NCBI GenBank assembly: GCA_951406725.2
Contig: OX597835.1
Location: forward strand, 33,976,001-34,040,000
Source: Octopus vulgaris
Taxonomy: Eukaryota
DNA: 64,000 nucleotides
Direction: 5' to 3'
Shown here: piece after piece, positions 24,148 through 39,619 of the stretch
Layout: every line of letters begins with the position of its first letter
Position numbering within the stretch: position 1 is the first letter of the stretch
Program-made: the position numbers and the translations under genes
Notes under the pieces: model-generated
Seen by the model: only the letters and a program-made list of their open reading frames with translations
Databases searched by the model: none
Told to the model about the DNA's origin: nothing

Positions 24148-24330
24148 GTGGCCATGCTGGGGCACCACCTTGAAGAATTTTAATTAAATGAATTGAACTC
24201 TTGTACTTATTCTATCAGTCTTTTCTGCTGAACCATTAAATTATGGGGATGTAAACACACCAACACTGGTTGTCAAGAGGTTGGAGGGAGAAGGGGAAAG
24301 CACACACACACACACACATACATATATATA
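24148..24330 (-). mobile_element. SINE family A, 3' half
   Basis: TGTGGCCATGCTGG, GTACTTATTCTATC, GTAAACACACCAACA. Confidence 0.7.
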
Positions 24331-24359
24331 CATACATACATACATACATATATATATAC

Positions 24360-24578
24360 CAGTGCCCCTTGACTGGTTCTTGTGCCGATATAACATAAAA
24401 AGCACCCATTGCACTCCCGGGTGGTTGGCATTAGGAAGGGCATCCAGCTGTAGAAACATTGCCAGATCAGATTGCAACCTGGTGTAGCCCACTAGCTTGC
24501 TAGACCTCAGTCAAACCATCCAACCCATGAAAACATCATTTAACGTCTGCTTGGAAAGCAGATGTTAAATGATGATTA

Positions 24579-24613
<35 letters not shown>

Positions 24614-24872
24614 TGGTGACCCTGCTGGTACTGGTGCCACAGAGAAAGCATCCGGTCTACACTGTAAAGTGGTTGGCATTTTAAAAAGCATCCAGCTGTA
24701 AAAACCATTCCAAAACTGACCTCACCTGTGCTGGTGCCACATAAAAAGCATTCATCCCACTCTGTGGAGTGATTGGTGTTAGGAAGGGCATCCAGCCATA
24801 AATACCATGCTAAAACCATCCAACCCATGCCAGCATGGAAGGCAGACGTTAAATGACAATGATGAAGATGAT
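24360..24872 (+). mobile_element. Two RTE-tailed repeats separated by (TA)n
   Basis: TTAGGAAGGGCATCCAG and CCAACCCATG motifs. Confidence 0.7.
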
Positions 24873-25158
24873 ATAAATATATATCCAGACATGTTCTTGA
24901 CCACCAGACAGAAGATAAACTATTTTTACTGCAAATGTTTCAAATTTTTATAAATTTTTACTAATGTTTGATGAGATGAAATACATGGAAACCGGTAATA
25001 TTAATATTTTTATTTATATAATATTTTATTAAATTCACTTTTAGACTGAAATGTCTTACATTTAATTCTGTACTATTTCCACCTCCATCTTTTTATTATA
25101 TAAAAATTTGATTTGTATAGATCTCTAATCTTTTTACATCTATCTATATATATATATA

Positions 25159-25462
25159 TCACCGTGACCGACCAGGCTATCAGATGTTGCTACACATCGC
25201 TGGTCACAATGCGCTTCGCATTGTTTTAGCCTTCAAATGATGCCACCCCGCTGGCTAAGCGAGCAGGCCAACAGAAGAAGGATTGAGAGAAAGTTGTGGC
25301 AAAAGAGTACAGCAAGGATCGCCACCCCCACCCCCTGCCTGAGCCTCATGGAGCTTTAGATGTTTTCGCTCAATAAACACTCACAACGCCTGGTCTGGGA
25401 ATCAAAACCGCGATCCTCTGACCGCGAATCCGCTGCCCTAACCACTGGACTATTGCGCCTCC
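25159..25462 (-). mobile_element. SINE family B, full length
   Basis: Reverse complement GGAGGCGCAATAGTCCAGTGGTTAGGGCAGCGG...GGTTTTGATTCCC; inside (TA)n. Confidence 0.88.
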
Positions 25463-25481
25463 ACATATATATATATATATA

Positions 25482-25858
25482 TACTAGCAGTATCGCCCGG
25501 CGTTGCTCAGGTTTGTAAGGGAAATAACTATAAAGCATTTTTAGAGAGTTATAGCCAAAAAATAGCAAAAAGATGGAAAAAAATGATGGTAAATTTTTTT
25601 TTTAGTTAAAAAAGGTGGAGTTGCGTCCCCTAGACAGTTTGCGGTTTGTGTTTCTGATTCTCGACCCCATGTCGAATTTATCGATTTTTTTCAGAACTGG
25701 GGGAACTTTTCAAAATTTTTGCTGCGTTAGTTTTGAATTATGACATTGGGCTATGTGTGTGTCAAGTTTCATCAGAATCGGTTGAAAGCCGTGGTCAGGG
25801 TGAGGGTACAAGAAAACAGACACACAGAAACACGCACAGACAAACTGCTGTTTATATA
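25482..25858 (+). mobile_element. Helentron/DINE-1-like non-autonomous element
   Basis: ACTAGCAG..GCCCGGCGTTGCTC end, AAGTTTCATCAGAATCGGTTGA core, (CAGA)-type microsatellite, TTTATATA end. Confidence 0.65.
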
Positions 25859-25958
25859 NNNNNNNNNNNNNNNNNNNNNNNNNNNNNNNNNNNNNNNNNN
25901 NNNNNNNNNNNNNNNNNNNNNNNNNNNNNNNNNNNNNNNNNNNNNNNNNNNNNNNNNN
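25859..25958. other. Assembly gap (100 N)
   Basis: Direct reading. Confidence 1.
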
Positions 25959-26176
25959 AGATCTTATGATTATCATTACAGGTTGACCAGCCCATACCCT
26001 TTCTAGTTAGAAAATCTTTTTCAGATGATGAATATGTATGGCCCAAGATATTTGTAATCAGAAACCATATTTAAGAGCGCATTGTTGAGAGTATGGATGA
26101 TGCAATCACTGTTGGACAGGCACTTGTTTACATATTCAGTCTTGGACTCATTGAGGTAAAGACCTACACAATTTGA

Positions 26177-26350
26177 TGATAATGAAACTATGTGCAAGTG
26201 TGTGTGTGTGCAGGTTCATGGCCTTGTGGTTAGGCTGGTAGCACTTACAATCACAAGGTTATGGTTTCACTTTCAGGACCAGGTGATGCATTGTGCACTT
26301 GAACAAAACACATAATTTCACATTACTTCAGTCTGTTCAGCTGTATGTGG
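26177..26350 (+). mobile_element. Degenerate tRNA-derived SINE (family E)
   Basis: TGGCCTTGTGGTTAGG head and TGTGCACTTGAACAAAACAC resemble 42310-42545. Confidence 0.5.
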
Positions 26351-26514
26351 GTAACCATGCAACAGGCTGGCATTCTGTTCAGGACAGGCAGCGGGTATTG
26401 GCTTGCTTGCCTACCATCCTGCTCTCCAGCCTGCCTGTGTTCTATATATATAGAAAGAGAGAGACATACGCACATATGCATGCACACATACATATATACA
26501 CAGGCACAAACACA

Positions 26515-26618
26515 CTCACTCATTCACATACACACATCACACACACACATCATACACACACACATCACATCACATACACACATCACACACACACACACAC
26601 CACGCACACACATCACAT

Positions 26619-26652
<34 letters not shown>

Positions 26653-26892
26653 CATGCACACACATCATGCACACACATCACGCACACACATCACGCACAC
26701 ACATCACGCACACACACGCACAATCACACACATCACACACACACACCATGCACACACATCACGCACACACATCATGCACACACATCACACATCACGCACA
26801 CACATCACGCACACACATCACGCACACACATCACACACACACACGCACAATCACACACATCACACACACACATACACATACATTCACACACA
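26515..26892. repeat. CA-rich minisatellite (about 13-bp ACACACATCACGC units)
   Basis: Direct reading. Confidence 0.9.
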
Positions 26893-26979
26893 TGGAGATG
26901 GAATTCACTTTGACTACCTTGTGTCCTGGTAAATGTTGAAATATATAAGACTTGGTATAATCTAGAGAAATATAATTTG

Positions 26980-27200
26980 GAATGCTAAGAGCTGTCAAAA
27001 ACACCGCCAAAAATATCACATACCCACACACATTGAATAACATGTTTGTGTATGCACGCATACATACATACATACATACATACATACATGCATGCATGCA
27101 TGCATGTATGTATGTATGCGTGCATACACAAACATGTTATTCAATGTGTGTGTGTGGGTATGTGATATTTTTGGCGGTGTTTTTGACAGCTCTTAGCATT
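26980..27200. repeat. Near-perfect palindrome centred on (ATGC)n
   Basis: AATGCTAAGAGCTGTCAAAAACACCGCC... mirrored by ...GGCGGTGTTTTTGACAGCTCTTAGCATT. Confidence 0.9.
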
Positions 27201-27668
27201 TGTGTAACATACATACATACATACATACATGCATGCATGCATGCATGCATGCATGCATGTGTGTGTACGTAACTTCTAGAAGGTCTTTTCCAATTCCTTG
27301 AATGTCGAGTTTACATGATAATGTCAATGCAGGAAAAATATCTGACAACAGAAGCAAATTTCCCATATGGAATATGTAATGGATTGTCAAATACAGCTGT
27401 TCATTTAGTTCTTTACAATAAACAGAATCTATTCAATCCTCAATTACACAATATACATAAATGTGTGTGTGTGTGTCATATGCTTGTAAATGTCTTTAGA
27501 TATGTGTGTGCATGTATAAGGGAAATTTGTAATAGAATACAGTGGAATCACAGTTTACAAATGCCTGTCACTATGATCAAATCAGTTTATGAACAGTTTT
27601 TTCGAACACAAGACATTTAGGGTGATGATGAACGGAGTAACAAACACGCAAGCCGGCAGCAACAGCTG

Positions 27669-27860
27669 TGGAGGCTCAATGGCACAGTGGTTAGGGCAGC
27701 GGACTCGCGGTCGGAGGATCGCGGTTTTGATTCCCAGACCGGGCGTTGTGTGTGTTTATTGAGCGAAAACACCTAAAGCTCCACGAGGCTCCGGCAGGGG
27801 GTGGTGGCGACCCGTGTTGTACTCTTTCGCTCCAACTTTCTCTCACTCTTTCTTCCTGTT
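27669..27860 (+). mobile_element. SINE family B
   Basis: A box TGGCACAGTGG, TCG anticodon-like loop, B box GGTTTTGATTCCC. Confidence 0.85.
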
Positions 27861-28206
27861 TCTTGTCCCTGACTTCCTACACAACCACTGAGCTTGGATG
27901 CACATTCATCCATCCGTTGATGCTCTCAGTGTCGGGGATTGACCTGCTTTCTCTTCTGCAGGTCTTACTAATAGCAAAGAACCACATTTTGGACTTCTCC
28001 CATCTTGCGAGCTCTGGAACGAAGACCGTTCGCTCAACAGCTGGCATCAAGCTGGGGGTATTGGTGACCGATACTGTCAGTTGCTGTCTAGATTTTGCTC
28101 CTTGCTCATTCCTGCTCGACTTCAATGTGCTTCCTCTTGAATTCTCCTTGGGACAAAATAGTTTTGGTTTACGAGCATTTCAGGCAACAAACAGCCTTCT
28201 GGGATG

Positions 28207-28447
28207 GAAGCACACCAGCATCAGTTGTCAAGCGATGTTGGAGAGACAAACACAAACACATAAACACACACACACATACATATATATATGCGACGGGCTC
28301 CTTTCGGTTTCTGACTACCAAATCCACTCTTTGGTTGGCCCAAGGCTATAGTAGAAGACACTTGCCCAAGGTACCATGCAGTGGGAATTAACCCGGAACC
28401 ATGTAGTTGGTAAGCAAGCTACTTACCACACAGTCACTCCTGCGCCT
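28207..28447 (-). mobile_element. SINE family A, 5' part
   Basis: Reverse complement of family A head. Confidence 0.85.
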
Positions 28448-28580
28448 CCCTTTTTTTTAATCCTTTCTTGTGTTATTTCAATTAATTCAAAAAATATTTT
28501 TACCGTAGTTTTTTTTTTTCTTTTTTGTTTTTATCTATGTTTTTGTGTAACTCTTTTCATCCTTTACAACTTTTTCATTT

Positions 28581-28893
28581 ATTACCTCTGCCTTAGCGAA
28601 GGCAGAGATATCGTTTTCAGTCATGTTTGTTTGTTTGTTTGTTTGTCCATGGACAAGATATCTCAAGAACCCCTGGATGGATTAAGATGAAACTTTAAGG
28701 CATGTTTGACCTCGTGAGCGGCATGAACTGATTAGATTTTAGAGAGCAGTCGGGTTCATTTTTAGTATTCCCATTTGTGAGAGCAGTCAAGTTTATTTCA
28801 GATATTCTCATTTTAAAAACCATCTCCAGCTAATCATTGAGAGGACATTAGTGTTGTCTTGGTGGAGGTTTTCACTCTCTGAGTGCACTTACT
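28581..28893 (+). mobile_element. Helentron-associated (HINE-like) element
   Basis: Subterminal IR TACCTCTGCC...GGTGGAGGT, (GTTT)n microsatellite, 3' hairpin CACTCTCTGAGTG. Confidence 0.7.
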
Positions 28894-28913
28894 ATTATTA
28901 ATTAGCCACAAAA

Positions 28914-29067
28914 GGTGACGAGTGGGTGAATGGTTAGCACGTCAGGCGAAAAGCTTAGTATTATTTCGCCCATTGCTATGTACCGAGTTCAAATTCCACT
29001 GAGGTCCACTTTACCTTTCATCCTTTTGGGGTCGATAAATTAAGTACCAGCTGAGTACTGGGGTCAA
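28914..29067 (+). mobile_element. SINE family C, partial
   Basis: GAGTTCAAATTCC...GGGGTCGATAAATTAAGTACCAG. Confidence 0.8.
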
Positions 29068-29318
29068 ACATTGGTGTTGACTTAGTGGTGATTTGCACTC
29101 TCTGGGTGCTCTTGTTGGTTTTAAAATTTGAATAAAAACCTTCCTTCTTTTCAGACATATGTCAACAGAGTGCCGAGTAGAAAAACCACAAATGAACTTC
29201 TCAATGACAATCTAATACTCTATTCCTTGGGGTTTTGGTACCAGCTAATATAAATAATCACTATCTTAGACATGCTTCCTGGTTCTTTTATATAAATTTT
29301 ATCTCCTTTATTCCTTAG

Positions 29319-29498
29319 GTCGCGGTTTTGGCAGCATTCTCACAGGAGTACTATTTACCATAGTCGGTGGTCTCTGGACATGGAGAATCTACAGCATAGC
29401 TGCATTCCTCATGATTCTCATAGCTATTCCTCTGCAGTGGTTTTTCTCAAAGGAAACTCAAAGAATGGAAGTTCCAGAACAAGCAAATAAATTTGAAA
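29319..29498 (+). CDS. MFSD6: Exon of an MFSD6-like major facilitator transporter (last two TM helices)
   Basis: Polypyrimidine-TAG acceptor, GTAAGT donor, 180 nt, phase 1-1; GRGFGSILTGVLFTIVGGLWTWRIYSIAAFLMILIAIPLQWFFSKETQRMEVPEQANKFE resembles the GxGxG...GG...G...R region of MFSD6 (family recognised from memory). Confidence 0.68.
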
Positions 29499-29569
29499 GT
29501 AAGTATAACGGAAAGAATGGAATATGAAATCGGAATAATTTATCACATTCATATCATTATTTCTAGGTC

Positions 29570-29969
29570 TCTTTACTCTTTTACTTGTTTCAGTCATTTG
29601 ACTGCGGCCATGCTGGAGCACCGCCTTTAGTCGAGCAAATTGACCCCGGGACTTATTCTTTGTAAGCCCAGTACTTATTCTATCGGTCTCTTTTGCCGAA
29701 CCACTAAGTGACGGGGACGTAAACACACCAGCATCGGTTGTCAAGCAATGCTAGGGGGACAAACACAGACACACAAACACACACATACATATATATATAT
29801 ACATATATACGACAGGCTTCTTTCAGTTTCCGTCTACCAAATCTACTCACAAGGCATTGGTCGTCCCGGGGCTATAGCAGAAGACACTTACCCAAGATGC
29901 CACGCAGTGGGACTGAACCCAGAACCATGTGGTTGGTTAGCAAGCTACTTACCACACAGCCACTCCTGC
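29570..29969 (-). mobile_element. SINE family A, full length
   Basis: Reverse complement near-identical to 37430-37831. Confidence 0.92.
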
Positions 29970-30379
29970 TGAACAAAGATTGAACTTGGGACTTGTTTGT
30001 CTATATTTCCTCATTATTCTTGCGCATTTGTGTCACCTTGTACTCTTTTAACTTTGTCTGGTTGAGAGATCTTTCAGCTTCCTCATCTTCTCTGAATTTT
30101 CTTGTGTTTCTGCTTCTGTCAGGCTCTTAGTTTGTTGCATCTAGTCCATGTTTAGTGATACATTCTGCATCCACTAACAAAGAGCCTGAGCTGGGATCAG
30201 GCCATTATGAGACATGTTACTTTTATCCTACTATTGCATCACATGTATACAGCAACCCAAGTCATTGGAAGCTGGGCAAGCACACTCATGCATCATTCAT
30301 TGAAACACCTCTGGCCAACAACAGGGCCAGCAACATCTACTCAACTATAGCTATCCAGTCCAACACAAAAAAAGAAACT

Positions 30380-30920
30380 TATTTACATTATTTACATTTG
30401 ACGGATATTTGCCCTCATCTTGTTTGTTGTTAACACAACGTTTCGGCTGATATACCCTCCAGCCTTCATCAGGTGTCTTGGAGAAATTTCGAACCTGGGT
30501 TCTCATTCCTAAGGTATTTTTCAATGTTGTTGTTATTGTTATTATTATTATTATTATTTAGGTCACTGCCTGGAATTGAACTTGGAATCTTGGGGTTAGT
30601 AGCCCGTGCTCATAACCACTACGCCCACAGGCATATGGTGCAGTGGTTAAGAGCACAGGCTACTAACCCCAAGATTCCAAGTTCAATTCCAGGCAGTGAC
30701 CTGAATAATGATAATAATAGTAATAATAATAATAATAATAATAACATCGAAAAATACCTTAGGAATGAGAACCCAGGTTTGAAATTTCCCCAAGTGACCT
30801 GATGAAGGCTAGAGGGTATATCAGCCAAAACGTTGTGTTAACAAAAAACAAGATGAGGACAAATATCTGTCACATGTAAATAATGTACATAATTCCTCAT
30901 CTCTTAAATATAGAGCTGAA
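30380..30920. mobile_element. Head-to-head inverted pair of a tRNA-headed, hammerhead-containing element
   Basis: About 30380-30625 mirrors about 30630-30890; TGGTGCAGTGG A box and AGTTCAATTCC B box; CTGATGA...GAAA core. Confidence 0.85.
30432..30477 (-). ncRNA. Minimal type I hammerhead ribozyme
   Basis: Minus strand GACAC-CTGATGA-A-GGCTG gagggtatat CAGCC-GAAA-CG-TT-GTGTT. Confidence 0.75.
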
Positions 30921-31109
30921 CAAAAGAAACTGTCAGACCAGAGCAATATGGGTTTACTCGACAGAGCAATGGTGCCATGCTGCCTCTGAACAATAATGGC
31001 TAAACACTGCTAAGCCAGAATCATTGCCAAACCCAAGGCACATGCTTTAGCTCAGCATGTTCTATCTGCACATCCTGTCATTCATCGCCAATATTCTGCA
31101 AAAACATAT

Positions 31110-31258
31110 CTAGCCATGGAGAAATATTACCTTACCTGGAAACAGGTGAGGTTTGACAGCAGTAAGGGCATCCAGCTGTAGAAAACCTGCTGCAAAAACA
31201 CTCGTTCTACCCCATGGAAATGCAGATGCTAAATCATGCTAAATGATGATGATGATGG
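31110..31258 (+). mobile_element. Degenerate RTE-tailed repeat
   Basis: AAGGGCATCCAGCTGTAGAAAA, (GAT)n tail. Confidence 0.55.
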
Positions 31259-31594
31259 TACAGATTGTGATGTATATACACAGATAGTGGGTGTATATAT
31301 ATATATATATTGTTGCTAACAATAAGTTGTCAAGCTTAATTATCATTATGTTGCTGAAGCTTAATTATTTTCTCACACATCTGACTGCCTCAATTATTTT
31401 ATCTATTTCTATGCTGAAAATTAAATATTTAGGAAGAGCTTAATGATAATTACACTTTTGGTCATAGACACAATTATATGAATGATTTATGTACATTTTC
31501 TCTTTCGCGAACTAATTTAATTAAATTGATTCAGTCATTCATTAATTTTTTTTTTTTTTTTATATATATATTATTTTTGATGATTTTAATTTAG

Positions 31595-31713
31595 ATTTGG
31601 AAGATGGAACGGCAAATGAGTCAACAATAGAGAGATTATTAACCGAAGAACATCAGTCACCAGAAACGAAGATTAAAGGCGGCAAACTGGCATGGACAAG
31701 AGATGAATTGTAA
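31595..31713 (+). CDS. Probable terminal coding exon of the MFSD6-like gene
   Basis: T-rich TTTAG acceptor, phase matches the 29498 donor; NLEDGTANESTIERLLTEEHQSPETKIKGGKLAWTRDEL-stop. Confidence 0.55.
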
Positions 31714-31766
31714 TGGTTCTCCCCACCCTCTTATCATTTAATGAGGACCACAGGAAATTGTGCAAC

Positions 31767-31802
<36 letters not shown>

Positions 31803-32654
31803 AACACACATACATGTACATGTATGCATTATATATATATCTACTTACACAAAATCACACACATGCATGTATAATTGTATTTATACACACATATATAAAT
31901 GAATTTTTATGTGTATAAAAATATGAATTGATATATATTGAAGCAATATGTATCTATAAAATGTGTTTATTATTATACATATATATATATATATACATAT
32001 AATTATACATATATATACACACACAGTCACATGCATACATACATATATATATATAAATGAACTTCCATGTGTGTAAAATATGACTTACAATATTTGTGCA
32101 TGGGTGTTTATAGAATGTGTATAAGATATCAAGTAACCTCTTATGGTTTCATATGAAAATGTGTATTTACTAACACACACAATGTGTGTCTGTGTGTGCA
32201 TACACACACATACTTATATATATATGTATATATATATATTATTGCTATACGGTTGACTGAGAAGAATGGCTTTCTCTTCAAGTTTCACCTATTGTGGCTT
32301 ATTCTACAAGACTCATTAAACAAGCCAGAAAAGGAGAAACTTGTACTTCCAGCAGTGAATCTGTTACCTGTAATAAAGTCAACACATGTGTGTATATATA
32401 TATGTGTGTGTTTGTGCTAAGTGGTCATTGATCTCTGGTCTTTATCCTCCATTCTACATGAATAAAAGACCAACCAATATTATCAGAAGGAGCTCCTCAT
32501 AACTGGAGCAACACATTAACAGACACCTCTACCTGTTGCATATCAGTCCTTCTGCACAGAAAAAAAAACATGCTTTCTCATTCTCATAGACATATTCTCA
32601 TATGTATATACACATTATACACAAAGATATGCATTCTCAAATAAACATGTGTAT

Positions 32655-33488
<834 letters not shown>

Positions 33489-33608
33489 TTGATCAGATTC
33501 CAAAGAGACAAATGTTGGTCATGTCCAGAAAATTCACTGTGAGACAATTTTCACCATATGGACAATGATAAAGCTTATTATATCGGCATTGTTTTTAATA
33601 AAAAAAAG

Positions 33609-34019
33609 GGATCTTTTCGGTTTGAACAGCAGTTTTTTCTAGCGGTGTCATATGAAATTGTCACCCATAATTATGACCCTAGAATCGATCTATTGCTTTT
33701 CAATCTCTTTTAGGGTTAGGGGTTGGCGAAGGGTATCTTTTTTTCTTCAGAAATGTAAATAAACCCAATCTGTTTCTTAAACGAGGGACATATTCATACG
33801 GCACAGAATGCTTTTTAACTCAATAGACTTCACTGATTGGTTGAAATTGCAGAAATTGAAGAAAAAAAAACAACAAATATCTTACAAACTATAGAATTTT
33901 CTCAATAAAGCCAAGAGAAAAAGATGTTTTATAAACACATTCTACCAGTATACGAAGTTTAAAATTTTTTAGTTACCTAGAAATTATGTTAAAAACTGCC
34001 ATTCAAACTGAAAAGATCC
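33609..34019. mobile_element. Merlin-like MITE, family M1
   Basis: TIR GGATCTTTTCGGTTTGAAC.GCAGTTTTT, internal TTAGGG repeats; copies at 54599 and 62313. Confidence 0.85.
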
Positions 34020-34269
34020 CAAAAAATGATAAAAGATTTTATAAAGGTATTAAGTAAACAAGTCTTTATTCAACATCAAACATAAAAAAAAAAAGTGATG
34101 AGGTCATTTAAAATAAAATTTCTTATGGTGAATTTTTTTCTGTGGCAAAAATGTTTTTGGCAAAATTTCCATTAAGCAGTGTTGTGGACTGTGTTGGAAA
34201 TATTTGTATTATGTAATGAAATCAACAAAAAGAAAGAGTACAATGAATTTGCTGTGAGGAGTGGAAAAT

Positions 34270-34470
34270 CTAATGTTTTGGACACAAGAGTCCTTCTTCA
34301 AGGAAAACGTTGACATGAGAGAAATTAAAGAAAGGCAGCAGAGTTGGTGGCCGAACTCAGGACCACCGGCCTGACATGGGAAGCAGTCAAGAAACATGCT
34401 AATGACTGCAAAAAGTGGAAAACAACTGTTGAGGCCCTATGCTCCACAAGGGACAAAAAGGATTAAGAAA
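34270..34470 (+). mobile_element. Decayed 3' end of an RTE-like LINE
   Basis: Reads GLTWEAVKKHANDCKKWKTTVEALCSTR, typical of an RTE C-terminus. Confidence 0.55.
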
Positions 34471-34477
34471 AAGACGA

Positions 34478-34698
34478 GAAACAGAGTTTTAATTCTTTTA
34501 AGTTAGAAAATTGGCTGCAACTGATGAGGATTACAGGGCCACAGGAGCTTCAAATGTGAACAGGAAGTTCTTAGTTTATCAAACTTTTTCATATCCTTCA
34601 ACTCTCCACTCACCTAATTTTTATCTCTTCACCTCAATTTTGCCTTCATCTACTTCTCATTTCCCACTCAGTACCTCTTTCCTTCTTCCACTCTCTGC

Positions 34699-34789
<91 letters not shown>

Positions 34790-34994
34790 TCTACTTCTGG
34801 TTTGCACCTGAGGTTCTTGTGGCCCTGCATTCTCTACCAATTACAACTAGTTCTTCTAAAGCTTATGAACTAAAACTCTGCTGTTCCTCATTCATTTCTC
34901 TCGTTTCAACTTTTCCCTGAAGAGGCACACTGTTTGAAATGGTGGATTTTCCGCTCCTCACAGCAAGTTCACTGTCCTCTTTCTGTCAAAAATT

Positions 34995-34995
<1 letters not shown>
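34478..34995. mobile_element. Old Penelope-style element with a degenerate inverted arm and (CT)n
   Basis: 34478-34570 imperfectly mirrors 34794-34885; CTGAAGA-GGCACACTGTTT-GAAA at 34917. Confidence 0.4.
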
Positions 34996-37210
<2,215 letters not shown>

Positions 37211-37429
37211 GTCAATGCATCATGTATCCGAAAAAGAAGCACAGTCTAAAGTGTAGAACAGTAATATATTAAAAGTAATCATGTCCAGTCATACAATGAC
37301 CAATGGTTTCACACCCACAAAGGCCTTAGACTCGACACGTCCGCAAAGCTAAGGTCTTTTTAAATGCAAAACCATTAGTTTCTCTATAACCGGACATCAT
37401 TACTTATAATAAATACACACAGACACATA

Positions 37430-37831
37430 GGTGCAGGAGTGGCTGTGTGGTAAGTAGCTTGCTAACCAACCACATGGTTCCGGGTTCAGTCCCACTGCGT
37501 GGCATCTTGGGCAAGTGTCTTCTGCTATAGCCCCGGGCCGACCAATGCCTTGTGAGTGGATTTGGTAGACGGAAACTGAAAGAAGCCCGTCGTATATATA
37601 TATATGTATATGTGTGTGTGTGTATGTGTTTGTGTGTCTGTGTTTGTCCCCCTAGCATTGCTTGACAACCGAAGCTGGTGTGTTTACGTCCCCGTCACTT
37701 AGCGGTTCGGCAAAAGAGAACTGATAGAATAAGTACTGGGCTTACAAAGAATAAGTCCCGGGGTCGATTTGCTCGACTAAAGGCGGTGCTCCAGCATGGC
37801 CACAGTCAAATGACTGAAACAAGTAAAAGAG
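37430..37831 (+). mobile_element. SINE family A, full length
   Basis: A box TGGCTGTGTGG, B box GGTTCAGTCCC, internal (TA)(TG), tail GACTGAAACAAGTAAAAGAG. Confidence 0.92.
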
Positions 37832-38184
37832 TATATGTACATAAAGTAAATGCTCAACCATCAGTTGTTTGATCAAGAGAACTGCATACTCATTGAATCT
37901 AAATTTCGATGGTTGAGTATTCCACAGCCACTTGTACCATTGACACAATCTTCAAGTGGAGTTAACAAGACACAGTGTATGACACTGCTGGAACTTTAAA
38001 GAACAGGTGTAGTGTGGCCAAAGGGCTTCTGCACAATTTCCATCTACAGAATCTCATTCGCAACACTTGGATCGACATGGGGCTATGGTAAAGGACATAC
38101 TCAAGATAACGTGCTGTGGGATTGAACCTGAAATCTCACTGTTACTAAACAAAGTTCTTAACATTTGGCCATGTATGTATATAT

Positions 38185-38218
<34 letters not shown>

Positions 38219-38281
38219 GCACACATTCCAAAACACATAATTAAGATTATATATATACACATACACACTCATGTGTGTCTA

Positions 38282-38355
<74 letters not shown>

Positions 38356-38399
38356 TACATGCATACATAGGTACACATATATGTGCAAGTGAATATGTA

Positions 38400-38449
<50 letters not shown>

Positions 38450-38866
38450 CATACAGAAGCCTACATGTGTGTGTATATATAAACATGTATGTATGAATAT
38501 ATATATATATATATATATCATATACTCAAGCACAGAAGCACGCATACATATGTATATACATGTACCCAAACCATGACAGACTTACATATGCATATGTATA
38601 TATACACATATATATGTGTATGAGTGCACACATATGTGTGTGTGTGAGTGTATAGTTGTTTGACTAAATGACTGGAAACATTGTGTACTAACACAGAAAG
38701 GAAAATAATTAAGAAAATTTACTAATTAAAAAAATAGATTTTCTTGTTTGTTTGTTGTTTTTTTTAATTATTTTGTCTCACCAACCATAATGAAATGTTA
38801 AACATTTATTATACACACCACATACACACATCTGAATACATATATATATATGTATATATATATATG

Positions 38867-38919
<53 letters not shown>

Positions 38920-38930
38920 ATACATATGTA
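38185..38930. repeat. (TA)/(TG)/(CA) low-complexity region
   Basis: Direct reading. Confidence 0.85.
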
Positions 38931-39169
38931 TGTTTATCACACTATCAAAGATAATGTTTATATATTTTCACATTCTTCTCCAACTCTCTATGAAAATTTC
39001 TATATAAAAAGAAAATAAATTTCGTATTAACTAAATCTATAATTGTTTGTTTTGTATTTATTTATTTATGTATATATTTATTTACTTATCTATTTTAACT
39101 TCAGGTACAACAATCTTGTAGAATCTTTGATTCCAAAAGACTCTTTGGACTTTTATCTTTTACAGGCTT

Positions 39170-39535
39170 CGCTCATTAGACTGCGACCATGCTGGGGCAC
39201 CGCCTTGAAATTTTTAGTCCAACGAATCAACCCCAGTACTTACTTTTTAAGCCTGGTATTTATTTTATCAGTTTCTTTTGCTGAACTGCTAAGTTACAGG
39301 GATGTAAGCATACCAACACCAGCTGTCAAGTGATGGTGGTGGGGGACAAAAACAGACATACACACACAGATATCTATCTATACATATATATATATACAAT
39401 GGGCTTCTTTCAGTTTCCATCAACCAAATCCACTTACAAGGCATTGGTCAGCCCAAGGCTATAGTAGAAAACACCTGTCCAAGATGCCATGCAGTAGGAC
39501 TGAACTTAGGACCATTTGGTTGGGAAGCTTCTTAC
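39170..39535 (-). mobile_element. SINE family A, diverged
   Basis: Reverse complement match along its length. Confidence 0.8.
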
Positions 39536-39619
39536 CATATTTTTCTTAACCAGGGATGGTCACCTGAGTTGAAATATTCTTAATTAAACAAATATTAAAT
39601 TTACTTTAATGAAATAAGG

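Noticed and set aside
27669-27745. tRNA-Arg gene (and other tRNA-like heads)
   Set aside because: Acceptor stem does not close and the head continues into a multi-copy SINE body
34521-34560. CTGATGA hammerhead core
   Set aside because: No stem II or GAAA partner; lies in a decayed inverted arm
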